Of a stretch of 64,000 bases of DNA, positions 29,684 through 39,750 are shown piece by piece. The position numbers and the translations under genes were made by a program. Location: positions 30,904 to 94,903 of the forward strand of contig JAZKDU010000017.1 in assembly GCA_040387415.1 (NCBI GenBank), given 5' to 3'. Under the pieces are notes generated by a model. The model was not told the origin of the DNA and did not search any database. It was given only the letters and a program-made list of their open reading frames with translations. How positions within the stretch are numbered: the stretch's first letter is position 1; the number at the start of each line of letters is the position of its first letter. The DNA comes from Bacteroidota bacterium. Its GTDB lineage: Bacteria > Bacteroidota > Bacteroidia > 2-12-FULL-35-15.

Positions 29684-30700
29684 ATGAAAATTATTCTTCA
29701 ATTAAGCCTTCTTTTTATTTTAGCAGCATGTTCAAAACTTCCTGTTGCACAGCAACGAAACAGTCAAAAAATAGATGTCGGGCCAGGGCCGGAAGATATA
29801 GTACTTGATACTTTTACATCTTCGTATCCGCGTATTCTTGCATCCTGTTTACAACGGAGAGTTGGAAACCCACATTATGGAGAAATTTGTGAAGTAAATT
29901 TGAATAATAATAGCTTTAAAATTTTAAAAAGAACAAAAGAGCCTGAAGGCATGGTATTTCGGCCCCATGGCTTTGATCTGGTCAAAAATTCAAAAGGGGA
30001 GATACTTCTATATTGTATTTCACATCATGACGAAATAAAAGAACACTCAATTGTTGTATATACTGTTTTTGCAGACCGTTTGGAATTTAAAGAAAAACTG
30101 GATTCTCCATTGCTGGTATCACCAAATGATGTAACAGCAGATTGTTCAGGTCAGATTTTTGTAACAAACGATGCCCGCAAGCGAGGAAGTGCAATGGAAT
30201 CGTTATTAAAATTAAAACGCTCCAATCTTGTTCGTTTTGATCCTGTGAGCAAATCCTGGAATGTGGCTGCTGATCGGTTTTGCTATGCAAACGGTATAGC
30301 GGTGAACCAGTGCCCGGCAGACTATGCAATACTCTCAACCGTTAGAAGCAATAAGTTGTACATGCTAAAAAAACAAACCGATGGCAAAGGCCGTTACACC
30401 CCAACAGTAATTGCTAAGCTTAAAGGGCTTGATAATATTACATTCCTTAACGATCACGAAGTGCTTGTTACTGCGCATCTCAAACAAATCGCTTTTTTAA
30501 AACATTATAAGGATGCTAAAAATATTTCTCCCACTGTAGTTTATAAAGTAAATATATTTACCGGTGAATATAAGGCTGTATATGTAAATGATGGGGCCGC
30601 CATTAGTGGTGCCTCAACAGCATTGTATTACAAAGGCCACCTTTACATGTCACAAATATTTGAGGCTTTTCTGCTGAAATGTGAAGCGAAAGATCTATAA
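29684..30700 (+). CDS. lipoprotein, probable beta-propeller (SGL/arylesterase-like) of unknown function
   Basis: Lipoprotein signal 'LFILAAC'. 338 aa. No confident domain assignment. Confidence 0.4.
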   Translation: MKIILQLSLLFILAACSKLPVAQQRNSQKIDVGPGPEDIVLDTFTSSYPRILASCLQRRVGNPHYGEICEVNLNNNSFKILKRTKEPEGMVFRPHGFDLVKNSKGEILLYCISHHDEIKEHSIVVYTVFADRLEFKEKLDSPLLVSPNDVTADCSGQIFVTNDARKRGSAMESLLKLKRSNLVRFDPVSKSWNVAADRFCYANGIAVNQCPADYAILSTVRSNKLYMLKKQTDGKGRYTPTVIAKLKGLDNITFLNDHEVLVTAHLKQIAFLKHYKDAKNISPTVVYKVNIFTGEYKAVYVNDGAAISGASTALYYKGHLYMSQIFEAFLLKCEAKDL

Positions 30701-30820
30701 ATAGTAGTGTTCGAATTTATGCGCTTTTACCTTAACCCCAATCTGTAAATTGTTAACAATTGAAAATTGTTCTATTTAATCAGTTAAATTTGTTTTTAAA
30801 TTTTCACAATACTTTGATTC

Positions 30821-32476
30821 ATGCTTAACCACCTATCCATTCAGAACTACGCGTTAATAGATAAACTAGAAGTTGATTTTTCAAACGGCCTTACCATTAT
30901 TACCGGTGAAACAGGTGCTGGTAAATCAATACTGTTAGGGGCGCTGGGACTTATAGCCGGAAACCGTGCTGATGCTCAATCATTACAAGATAAAACGCAG
31001 AAATGTATTATTGAGGCGTCTTTTAATATTAAAGATTATTTATTAAAAGATTTTTTTTGGACCAATGAGCTTGATTATGAGCTCATCACAAGCATCCGCA
31101 GAGAAATAACACCAGAAGGTAAATCGCGCGCATTTATCAATGACACTCCCGTAACACTTACTCAGTTAAAAGCATTAGCTGAACGTTTGATAGACATTCA
31201 TTCTCAGCATCAAACATTAACATTAAACGGCAGTGAATTTCAGTTATCAGTAATAGATGCATATGCTAACCATGCTGATGTTTTAGGAGAATATGCTTTA
31301 AATTTCAAACAGTATAAATCACTCGAAAAAGTATTAAATGATCTGCTTTCACGTGAGTCGCAGGCAAAAAAAGATCTTGATTATTTTCAGTTCCAGTTCA
31401 ATGAACTGGAAGAAGCTGGTTTAAAGGCTGGCGAGCAGTTGGAAATGGAACAGGAGTTAGAAACGCTCAATAATGCTGAAGATATAAAATTAAATCTTTC
31501 AAAAGCCTCAATCGGATTAAACGGGGGCGAACAAAACCTGCTTTCTTCATTAAATGAGATCAAGGCCATATTAGCTTCTTTAGCGAAATACAAACCGGAA
31601 ATAAATGAATTAAGCACCCGTTTAACCAGTGCTTATATTGAATTAAAAGATATCAGTAATGAGCTGGAAAGCCTTGAACAGGATATTGTTTACGATCCTA
31701 AACGCATTGAATTGTTAAGCAATCAGCTGGATTCAATTTATCGTTTACAGCAAAAGCACCAGGTAAAAACGGTAGAAGAGTTGATTACTATAAAAGATGA
31801 TTTGAGTAATAAACTGCTTGAATTCAGCTCATTAGAAACAGAGATTGAAAAAACAAAAAAAGAATTAGCCACTGTTCAAAAACTATTGGTAACACTCGCA
31901 AAAAAAATTGCTGCCAACCGTAAAAAAGAAATACCTAAAATAGAAAAAGAAATAGCTTCCCTCCTCTCCTCTTTATCAATGCCGAATGCACAATTGAAAG
32001 TGGAGCATATAGAAACAGAAATATTGGGTGTAAACGGAACGGATAAAGTTAATTTTCTTTTTTCAGCCAACAAGGGCAGTGATTTCAAAGAATTGAATAA
32101 AGTAGCTTCAGGCGGTGAATTATCTCGTTTAATGTTAAGCATTAAATCGCTCATAGCTCAGCTTACCGCTTTACCTACTATTATTTTTGATGAAATAGAC
32201 ACTGGTGTTTCCGGTGATGTAGCAGATAAAGTAGGCAGTATCATGAACCTGATGGCAAAAGCAATGCAGGTAATAACCATAACCCATTTACCACAAATAG
32301 CCAGCAAAGGCCAATCTCATTTATTTGTATTTAAAGAAGATAAAAACGAAAAAACGTACAGTAATATTAAAAAACTTACTGCCGATGAACGCGTTCAGGA
32401 GATTGCAAAAATGCTGAGTACAGGAACACCAACAGCGGCAGCAATAAGCAATGCGAAAGAGTTGTTAAAGAATTAA
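30821..32476 (+). CDS. recN: DNA repair protein RecN
   Basis: 'LSIQNYALIDKLEVDFSNGLTIITGETGAGKSILLGALG' Walker A. SMC-like coiled coil. C-terminal signature 'ASGGELSRLMLS'. Confidence 0.9.
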   Translation: MLNHLSIQNYALIDKLEVDFSNGLTIITGETGAGKSILLGALGLIAGNRADAQSLQDKTQKCIIEASFNIKDYLLKDFFWTNELDYELITSIRREITPEGKSRAFINDTPVTLTQLKALAERLIDIHSQHQTLTLNGSEFQLSVIDAYANHADVLGEYALNFKQYKSLEKVLNDLLSRESQAKKDLDYFQFQFNELEEAGLKAGEQLEMEQELETLNNAEDIKLNLSKASIGLNGGEQNLLSSLNEIKAILASLAKYKPEINELSTRLTSAYIELKDISNELESLEQDIVYDPKRIELLSNQLDSIYRLQQKHQVKTVEELITIKDDLSNKLLEFSSLETEIEKTKKELATVQKLLVTLAKKIAANRKKEIPKIEKEIASLLSSLSMPNAQLKVEHIETEILGVNGTDKVNFLFSANKGSDFKELNKVASGGELSRLMLSIKSLIAQLTALPTIIFDEIDTGVSGDVADKVGSIMNLMAKAMQVITITHLPQIASKGQSHLFVFKEDKNEKTYSNIKKLTADERVQEIAKMLSTGTPTAAAISNAKELLKN

Positions 32477-32494
32477 ATATCTTATAAAAACTCA

Positions 32495-33691
32495 ATGAGT
32501 AAGTCACCAGACAATTTGAAAATTCTTAAAAATAAATATATCCCCTCTGCGGAATTTTACAGCCAGGTGATTGACAGCCTGCAGGATTATTCCATTTTTA
32601 CTTTGGATAAAGAATTTTTAATAAACAGTTGGAGTTCCGGTTCTTCAAAAATATTTGGCTACGAAACAGATGAAATTATTGGAAAACATTTTGATATCAT
32701 TTTTACAGAAGAAGATAAAAAAATTGGTATTCCGGCAAAAGAAATCAAACTCGCCTTGAAAGACGGAAGAGCTACGGATAACAGATGGCACATCTGTAAG
32801 GACGGCAGTGAATTTTATGCGTATGGTTTGGTTTTCCCACTCATTGGTATGGATGGGGAGCTGTTAGGATTCGTAAAAATCCTAAGGGACATAACAGAAA
32901 GAAAAAAATCGGAAGATGCAATAAAAAAATATATAAAAGAACTGGAAGAGCTCAATACGCATAAAGAGAGTGTACTGGCAATACTTTCACACGATTTAAG
33001 AAGTCCTTTATCAGGAATTATTGGAGCAGCGAAATATTTAAAATCCAATTTCCAAACAATGGAGCCCAATAAAGTACAGGAAATGCTTAATCTGCTGTAT
33101 AAATCATCTACTGATGAATTGCACATGTTAGATTATCTGGTAGAATGGGCTAGAATAAAATATGCTGCTGAAGTGTTTTCTCCAACAACAATAGAACTTG
33201 GCAAATATGTTCAAAAAGTGTTTGATACGTTAAGCGAAACAGCTTCTTTAAATGCGATAAATCTTCATCACGAAATAGAAGAAAAAACAAGCGTTTTTGC
33301 AGATGGAAAAATGTTGCTTTCTATCATTCAGAATATTGTTTCAAATGCAATAAAACATACAGAACCTGGGGGTAAAATCACCATTTCTACAAGGAGTAAG
33401 GAGGATAAAATAATAATCCAGATTAAAGATACAGGAATTGGAATGTCAAAAGAAATACAGGATAAACTTTTCACTCCTCAAATGAACTCACTGGCTAAAG
33501 CAAGAGAAAACAATAAAGGCGCGGGAATAGGATTATTATTGGTAAAAGGTTTTTTAGAAAAAAACGGTGGCGAAATTTGGGTTGAAAGTATTGAAGGTGA
33601 GGGATCCTCCTTCTACTTTACACTGCCTCTTGAAAAGCCTTTGTATAAAATAGACAGTTCTGATAAAATCGAGTTTGATGAACAACCTTAA
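32495..33691 (+). CDS. PAS-domain sensor histidine kinase
   Basis: PAS. H-box 'LSHDLRSPLSGI'. HATPase 'IKDTGIGMSKE...GAGIGLLLVKGF'. Confidence 0.85.
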   Translation: MSKSPDNLKILKNKYIPSAEFYSQVIDSLQDYSIFTLDKEFLINSWSSGSSKIFGYETDEIIGKHFDIIFTEEDKKIGIPAKEIKLALKDGRATDNRWHICKDGSEFYAYGLVFPLIGMDGELLGFVKILRDITERKKSEDAIKKYIKELEELNTHKESVLAILSHDLRSPLSGIIGAAKYLKSNFQTMEPNKVQEMLNLLYKSSTDELHMLDYLVEWARIKYAAEVFSPTTIELGKYVQKVFDTLSETASLNAINLHHEIEEKTSVFADGKMLLSIIQNIVSNAIKHTEPGGKITISTRSKEDKIIIQIKDTGIGMSKEIQDKLFTPQMNSLAKARENNKGAGIGLLLVKGFLEKNGGEIWVESIEGEGSSFYFTLPLEKPLYKIDSSDKIEFDEQP

Positions 33692-33790
33692 TTCCATTAA
33701 AATAAACGTAATAGCTTTAAAAAAAAACCTTTGATTGCAATTCAACATGAATGATAATGTCGAAATTATCTGATCACTTTAAAAATTATT

Positions 33791-34606
33791 TTACTGGGAT
33801 CCACCTACTATCTGTTTAGAATCAACAGCTTTACTTTCAGTTTCTGAACCAGGTTTATTTATCTCCTTTACGCTTAAAAATTCAGGATTTGCCCTCGTTT
33901 TTTCAATGCTTTCAGCCCACACATAATTGCCGGAAGAATCCAGTATACAAACAAACACATCAGAATTACCAGCTGAAATTAAATTATTAGTACCATCACT
34001 CGGATTAAAATCAATTGTACCGTAAAAAAGTCCGGTCATACGTATCCTGTTTTTCGAGTCAACTGAAATAGATTGAGGTTTGACGCTACTGATTGAGGAG
34101 CCCCCTAAACACTTTGTCCAAAGCGAGTTTCCCATGTTATCTAATTTGGTTATAAAACTATTGCACATTTCAGGAATAGTGTCACCCTTTAAAGCAAGAT
34201 CAGAATTGCCTTTTAAAACCGCTGTGATATAAATATTACTATTATCATCAATAGCTATAATGGGAGGATTTTGACTTTCGTTGTTTCCTTCTAATTGTTT
34301 TATCCAAACTGATTTACCATGGATATCTGTTTTAGTAACATATACATTATCAAACACTTGATTGTAAAAGTAATGGAGATTTATTCCCTGTTCAAAATCT
34401 ATATTTGAGTTAAAGCTAACAACTGCATATCTGTTCCCTTTTGTATCAATAACATTAGAAAATACCGATCCATTGTTTTTTTTTGCTTTCTGATTTTCTT
34501 CGAAAGCATCTGGCTGGGCAGTAACTTTAAAAGAAATAAAAAAAAACATTAATAAGTATAGTAATTTGATATTCATCATTTTCTTCAATTTATTCACAGC
34601 AGACAA
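33791..34606 (-). CDS. secreted SBBP/beta-propeller repeat protein of unknown function
   Basis: Signal peptide. Repeats 'D..GN.Y..G' typical of SBBP. Confidence 0.45.
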   Translation of the reverse strand: MSAVNKLKKMMNIKLLYLLMFFFISFKVTAQPDAFEENQKAKKNNGSVFSNVIDTKGNRYAVVSFNSNIDFEQGINLHYFYNQVFDNVYVTKTDIHGKSVWIKQLEGNNESQNPPIIAIDDNSNIYITAVLKGNSDLALKGDTIPEMCNSFITKLDNMGNSLWTKCLGGSSISSVKPQSISVDSKNRIRMTGLFYGTIDFNPSDGTNNLISAGNSDVFVCILDSSGNYVWAESIEKTRANPEFLSVKEINKPGSETESKAVDSKQIVGGSQ

Positions 34607-34945
34607 TGACTTGGGATAAGATCATTAATGAACATTATCTGTCTTCCACAATTTTTATAATTTTTCACTCAAAAGTAAGCTGGTAATTAAATGTGCTTTG
34701 TTTTTTTCGTTAAAAGGGACTTTAAAAGGACTGATTGACAGTTTTTTAGGAACTATTTTTATGAATAATAATTGTGAGGATTTTAATGTGGCAAATACTA
34801 GTCGATTAACGCATTATAGTATTTCTGCCATTAAATAAATAGTTACATTTGTTAACAGTAAAACTGCTGGGACTAAAATATTTGGCACAGTCCAAAAAAT
34901 AATCATATCAGGCAATGTAATTCTTACTTTTATGAGTGATGTTTG

Positions 34946-34953
34946 TATATTTG
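34946..34953 (+). promoter_or_regulatory. candidate Bacteroidota -7 promoter element (TAnnTTTG) for fabI
   Basis: 'TATATTTG' 31 nt upstream of the fabI ATG. No clean -33 TTG found. Confidence 0.3.
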
Positions 34954-34983
34954 CAGCCATTAACCGAACGAAAATTTAAAACT

Positions 34984-35802
34984 ATGTCATACAACTTATT
35001 AAAAGGTAAACGCGGTATTATCACCGGTGCATTGGATTCCAATTCAATTGCATGGAAAGTAGCCGAAAAAGCGCATGAAGAAGGTGCAACATTTGTTTTA
35101 ACAAATGCTCCAATAGCTATGCGTATGGGTGAAATAAAAGTGCTGGCAGAAAAAACAAACTCCCAGATCATTCCGGCAGATGCTACAAGTGTGGAAGAAT
35201 TGACCACCTTATTTACACAATCACAGGAAGTTTTGGGTGGTAAAATCGATTTTGTATTGCATTCCATCGGAATGAGTGTAAACATTCGTAAAAACATTCC
35301 TTATACAGAATCAAACTACGATTATTATATGAAAGGCATTGATGTGTCGGCTATGTCGCTGCACAAAATGTTAAGCGTTGCTAAAAAACTGGATGCTATT
35401 AATGAATATGGAAGCGTAGTTGCATTAACCTACATGGCTGCGCAACGTACATACCCATTTTATACCGATATGGCTGATATTAAAGCAATGTTGGAATCCA
35501 TAGCACGTAGTTTCGGTTACCACTATGGTAAAGATAAAAAAGTGCGTATCAATACTGTATCACAATCCCCTACAAAAACTACCGCTGGTACAGGTATCAA
35601 AGGTTTTGGTGATTTTTACAGTTTTGCTGATTCTATTTCACCATTGGGTAACGCCAGTGCAGAACAATGTGCTGATTATTGCATCACTTTATTCTCCGAC
35701 CTAACGCGTATGGTTACAATGCAGAATTTATATCACGATGGAGGTTATTCTTCCACAGGTGTAAGTATGGAAGCTATGGCGAAATTTGGAGTGGAAGAAT
35801 AA
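34984..35802 (+). CDS. fabI: enoyl-[acyl-carrier-protein] reductase FabI
   Basis: 'LKGKRGIITGALDSNSIAWKVA' Rossmann motif, SDR active-site Y/K. The track ORF starts at a GTG 48 nt upstream. Confidence 0.9.
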   Translation: MSYNLLKGKRGIITGALDSNSIAWKVAEKAHEEGATFVLTNAPIAMRMGEIKVLAEKTNSQIIPADATSVEELTTLFTQSQEVLGGKIDFVLHSIGMSVNIRKNIPYTESNYDYYMKGIDVSAMSLHKMLSVAKKLDAINEYGSVVALTYMAAQRTYPFYTDMADIKAMLESIARSFGYHYGKDKKVRINTVSQSPTKTTAGTGIKGFGDFYSFADSISPLGNASAEQCADYCITLFSDLTRMVTMQNLYHDGGYSSTGVSMEAMAKFGVEE

Positions 35803-35831
35803 TAAAATTAAATACCGAACATTTATTCAAC

Positions 35832-35862
35832 AAAAAAGGAACTCAATCGAGTTCCTTTTTTG
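35832..35862. terminator. bidirectional terminator between fabI and the desaturase
   Basis: 'aaaaaa-ggaactc-aatc-gagttcc-tttttt'. Confidence 0.6.
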
Positions 35863-35882
35863 TTATAATTGGACTTAGCTGA

Positions 35883-36947
35883 TTATCGTCCAACTTGCTT
35901 CAAATGAACAACATGGGAGCGAACGGCACTTAATACAGTAGGAAACTCAAGATAAGCAACATTAAACTGCTCACAAGTTTCACGGACTAACTGACTGATT
36001 TTCGGGTAGTGAATATGGCTAATGCGCGGAAACAAATGATGTTCCACCTGAAAGTTCAACCCTCCAGTAAACCAGGAAACAATTTTACTTTTTGTTGCAA
36101 AATTTGCGGTAGTTTTAATCTGGTGAACAGCCCACTCCTCCTCTATTTTATAGCTTTCTTTATCAGGTGTCGAAAATTGTGCATCTTCTACAATATGTGC
36201 TAACTGAAACACTACAGCAATAATAAAACCGCATACAAAGGAAATTACTGAATAACCAATAATCGTTTCAATCAAACCAACACTGAATATTGGAAGAACA
36301 ATAAACGCTCCAATATAAAGTACTTTACTGATCCAGAATATTAAATGTTCTTTTACATCCATCTTGCGAAAAGGAGTTTCTCCAATTTTACCGGTAAAGT
36401 ATTTTTTGAAATCCTGAACAAAAATCCACAAAAGGTACGTTACACCGTATAATCCAACCCAATAAATATGCTGAAAACGGTGGTACCAATACTTTTTCTG
36501 ATCATCATGGACACGAATCCAAGGTTTGATATCAATATCATCATCCATACCTTCAATATTGGTAAATGAATGGTGATTTACATTGTGTTTATATTTCCAT
36601 AAATACACACTACCACCCATCACGTTAAGGGAATACCCCATCAGTTCATTTACCCATGTTTTTTGAGAAAAACTACCGTGCGCTCCATCATGCATAATAT
36701 TAAAACCGATTCCGGCTAAATTGATGCCCATTAAGCAACATAATACAATAGATACCCAGATATTAGGAGTAAAAAAAACCAAAATAGTATATAGCGCTGC
36801 AACCGACAATAAAAGTAATGCAGTTTTAATATACAGTTTGTAATTACCGGTTTGTTGAATATTATTGGATTTAAAATAGGTATCTACTTTTTCTTTTAGA
36901 ACATTAAAAAAAACACTATTTTTATTATTAAAGCTAACTTTTTGCAT
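35883..36947 (-). CDS. membrane fatty-acid/acyl-lipid desaturase
   Basis: His boxes 'HDGAHGS', 'HNVNHH', 'HQIKTTANF...QVEHHLFP'. 4 TM helices. Confidence 0.8.
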   Translation of the reverse strand: MQKVSFNNKNSVFFNVLKEKVDTYFKSNNIQQTGNYKLYIKTALLLLSVAALYTILVFFTPNIWVSIVLCCLMGINLAGIGFNIMHDGAHGSFSQKTWVNELMGYSLNVMGGSVYLWKYKHNVNHHSFTNIEGMDDDIDIKPWIRVHDDQKKYWYHRFQHIYWVGLYGVTYLLWIFVQDFKKYFTGKIGETPFRKMDVKEHLIFWISKVLYIGAFIVLPIFSVGLIETIIGYSVISFVCGFIIAVVFQLAHIVEDAQFSTPDKESYKIEEEWAVHQIKTTANFATKSKIVSWFTGGLNFQVEHHLFPRISHIHYPKISQLVRETCEQFNVAYLEFPTVLSAVRSHVVHLKQVGR

Positions 36948-37032
36948 TTATTATTTGATTAGTAATTACTCAAAGATACAAAAAAATAATACCAAGTTTT
37001 ACTGTTTACGATTCTGATGGTGTTAATAATTG

Positions 37033-37512
37033 CTAATTTTTGACTTTCATTGACCATGTAAAAACGAATTCAGCAACTACATCCCCCTTTTCGTCCTTTC
37101 CTACAGAAGTTGTATCTACTAAAACACTCTCTCCCGAACTTTTTGCCTTGTTAATAACATTTTTAATCAGATCTCCATCCGAACAGGTGAAAGTGATGTT
37201 TCCTACCGCTTTTTTATGGTAAACTGCCTGATTTTTAATGATTAACATGGATATTGCCGGTTTGGATTCAAAAATCCCATTCATTACTAACAGCCCGGTC
37301 GACATTTCTGCAGCCATTGCCTGGCAGGCAAAATACATTGACCTGAATGGATTTTGAGTCAGCCAACCATATTTAATAGTAGTCACAGCCCTTTCGTCAC
37401 TTAACTCCCTTACCTTGATACCCGCGATATAGGCCATTGGCAGCTTTTTCATCAAATACAGACGGAACAAAATTGGATTGGTAATCTGTTTTTGAAATTT
37501 GGTAGCGCTCAT
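37033..37512 (-). CDS. hotdog-fold thioesterase-like protein (DUF4442/YiiD_C-like)
   Basis: 159 aa, 'YFACQAMAAEMSTGLL' hotdog central helix pattern. Confidence 0.45.
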   Translation of the reverse strand: MSATKFQKQITNPILFRLYLMKKLPMAYIAGIKVRELSDERAVTTIKYGWLTQNPFRSMYFACQAMAAEMSTGLLVMNGIFESKPAISMLIIKNQAVYHKKAVGNITFTCSDGDLIKNVINKAKSSGESVLVDTTSVGKDEKGDVVAEFVFTWSMKVKN

Positions 37513-37600
37513 TTTTGTAATAATTTAGGTTTAATTTATTAAGGATTAAGGAATTATGACTTGGATATTAAATCGCAAATTAAAAATTCTTGAATCTAAA

Positions 37601-38452
37601 TCATTCTATTGGAAAGGCGTTCCCGGCTATAAGCATTGCTTCGGTAAATGCTTTTTCATCGATGCCGGTTTGAATGTTCTTTTTTTGAAAATAGCTTAGT
37701 AAGTTTTCAGTTGCCATATTTCCAGTCAGCGTATCAGTTGCCATCGGACATCCGCCAAAGCCTTTGATAGCGCTGTCAAATCTGCGGCAGCCGCTGAGGT
37801 AAGCAGCATTCACTTTCTCTTCCCAGGTACCTGGAGTTGTATGTAAATGTGCTCCTATCTCCACTCCCGGAAATTCAGGAACTAATTTTGAAAATAAAAA
37901 TGAAATATTCTGCGGGTTAGAAACCCCAATAGTATCAGATAAAGCAATGATTTTTACACCTAACCTGGCAAGGCGTTTTGTCCAGGTAATTGCTACATCA
38001 CTGCTCCAGTCATCACCATAAGGATTACCAAAAGCCATTGAAATATATACAACAAGTTCTTTTTTATTTCTAACGCATAGATCCTGTATCTCTTCCACCC
38101 TGGTTAGTGATTCGGCAATGGAGGAATTAGTATTCCGCTGCTGAAAGGTTTCAGAAATAGAAAAAGGGAAACCTAAATAACTGATTTCTTCAAATTCAAC
38201 GGCATCTTGAGCTCCGCGAACATTTACAATAATAGCGAGTAGTTTAGATTGGGTAGTACTTAAATCCAATTGTTCCAATACCAATGCTGTATCACGCATT
38301 TGAGGGATTGCTTTGGGCGATACAAAACTGCCGAAATCAATAGTATCGAACCCGACTTTTAACAATGAATTAATGTATGCCACCTTCTTTTCGGTAGGTA
38401 TAAATTCATGTATGCCTTGCATTGCATCACGCGGACATTCAATTAGTTTCAT
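37601..38452 (-). CDS. hydroxymethylglutaryl-CoA lyase
   Basis: 'ECPRDAMQG' TIM-barrel N-terminus, 'GAHLHTT' and 'GGCPMA' metal/catalytic motifs. Confidence 0.85.
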   Translation of the reverse strand: MKLIECPRDAMQGIHEFIPTEKKVAYINSLLKVGFDTIDFGSFVSPKAIPQMRDTALVLEQLDLSTTQSKLLAIIVNVRGAQDAVEFEEISYLGFPFSISETFQQRNTNSSIAESLTRVEEIQDLCVRNKKELVVYISMAFGNPYGDDWSSDVAITWTKRLARLGVKIIALSDTIGVSNPQNISFLFSKLVPEFPGVEIGAHLHTTPGTWEEKVNAAYLSGCRRFDSAIKGFGGCPMATDTLTGNMATENLLSYFQKKNIQTGIDEKAFTEAMLIAGNAFPIE

Positions 38453-38464
38453 ATATGGTTACGA

Positions 38465-38611
38465 ATAAACGAATCTTTACGAATTTACGAAATATTGTGG
38501 TTACGCATAAGAGATTGAATACAAATTTACGAAAAGCTATTTTAATCCTTTGATATAAAATGAATAGAGAAATTTAATCTTTGTTTCGTAAATTCGTAAA
38601 GATTCGTTTAT
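38465..38611. repeat. perfect 28-bp inverted repeat pair flanking a 91-bp spacer (MITE-like or long regulatory hairpin)
   Basis: 38465-38492 'ataaacgaatctttacgaatttacgaaa' is the exact reverse complement of 38584-38611. A third partial direct copy 'aatttacgaaaa' lies in the spacer. The right arm overlaps the pyrD stop. Confidence 0.7.
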
Positions 38612-39645
38612 CTGCAACCCGATAGTATCTTTTTATTGATACGCTTCGCAATTCCAGGACCTTCATAAATAAAGCCAGTATATATTTGCACCAGGCTGGC
38701 CCCGGCATTCAGTTTTTCTATTGCATCTTCAGCCGTATGAATGCCACCCACAGCAATGATTGGAAAGGCTTTATTTGATTTGCTACTCAGATATGCAATT
38801 ACCTCGGTAGAACGCTTGGTTAATGGTTTTCCACTTAATCCTCCTGCTCCTATTGCCTGAAGCCTTGAATCTGGGGTATGAAGATCTACACGGGAAATAG
38901 TAGTGTTGGTGGCTATCAGACCATCAATTTTGGTGATTTTAACGATATCTATAATGTCATCCAGCTGCTCATTAGTAAGATCCGGAGCAATTTTCAAAAG
39001 AATGGGTTTTGGATTCTTTTTTCGGGAGTTTAAATCCTTTATATGAGTCAATAGCTTTGTAAGTGGCTCTTTATCCTGTAAGGCACGTAAATTAGGGGTA
39101 TTAGGGGAGCTTACATTTACTGCAAAGTAATCTACATGATCAAACAAGGCTTCAAAACATTTTTCGTAATCGTTCTGCGCTTCTTCATTTGGTGTAACCT
39201 TATTTTTACCAATATTGCCACCTATTATTATTTTTGTTTTGCGTTGTTTTAATCGTTCCACAGCAGCATCAACACCTCCATTGTTAAAGCCCATCCTGTT
39301 AATCAGAGCTTCATCTTCCGGAAGCCGGAACATACGCGGCTTTTCATTTCCCGGCTGTGCTTTTGGGGTTAGGGTACCAATTTCGATAAAGCCAAAACCG
39401 TAATTACCGAGCTCATCAAATAATTTGGCATCCTTATCAAAACCTGCAGCAAGCCCAACAGGATTTGGGAAAGTTAATCCGAATAATTTACGTTCCAAAC
39501 GTTTATCGTTAACAACATAAACATTACGGGTAAGCTGCGATATACCTGGAATTGCAGAGAAAAACTTAATGATTTTAAAAACAATGTGATGAATTGTTTC
39601 CGGTTCAAAAAGGAAAAATATAGGTTTAATAATGGTTTTGTACAT
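38608..39645 (-). CDS. pyrD: dihydroorotate dehydrogenase (quinone)
   Basis: '[24 protein letters not shown]', '[13 protein letters not shown]', '[13 protein letters not shown]' DHODH class 2 motifs. Confidence 0.9.
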   Translation of the reverse strand: MYKTIIKPIFFLFEPETIHHIVFKIIKFFSAIPGISQLTRNVYVVNDKRLERKLFGLTFPNPVGLAAGFDKDAKLFDELGNYGFGFIEIGTLTPKAQPGNEKPRMFRLPEDEALINRMGFNNGGVDAAVERLKQRKTKIIIGGNIGKNKVTPNEEAQNDYEKCFEALFDHVDYFAVNVSSPNTPNLRALQDKEPLTKLLTHIKDLNSRKKNPKPILLKIAPDLTNEQLDDIIDIVKITKIDGLIATNTTISRVDLHTPDSRLQAIGAGGLSGKPLTKRSTEVIAYLSSKSNKAFPIIAVGGIHTAEDAIEKLNAGASLVQIYTGFIYEGPGIAKRINKKILSGCR

Positions 39646-39750
39646 ACTTTAGTAAGAGATGTGCTATGAGATATAAATTGATGTAACAAAATTCGTTATT
39701 CTAAACCTGTCAGGTTTTAAAAACCTAACAGGTTAGCTATTCATCAAGGC

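Noticed and set aside
39646-39750. Direct/inverted 'aacctgtcaggtt'/'aacctaacaggtt' repeats between the ACAD gene and pyrD
   Set aside because: Probably just the ACAD terminator plus pyrD promoter. Short and imperfect.
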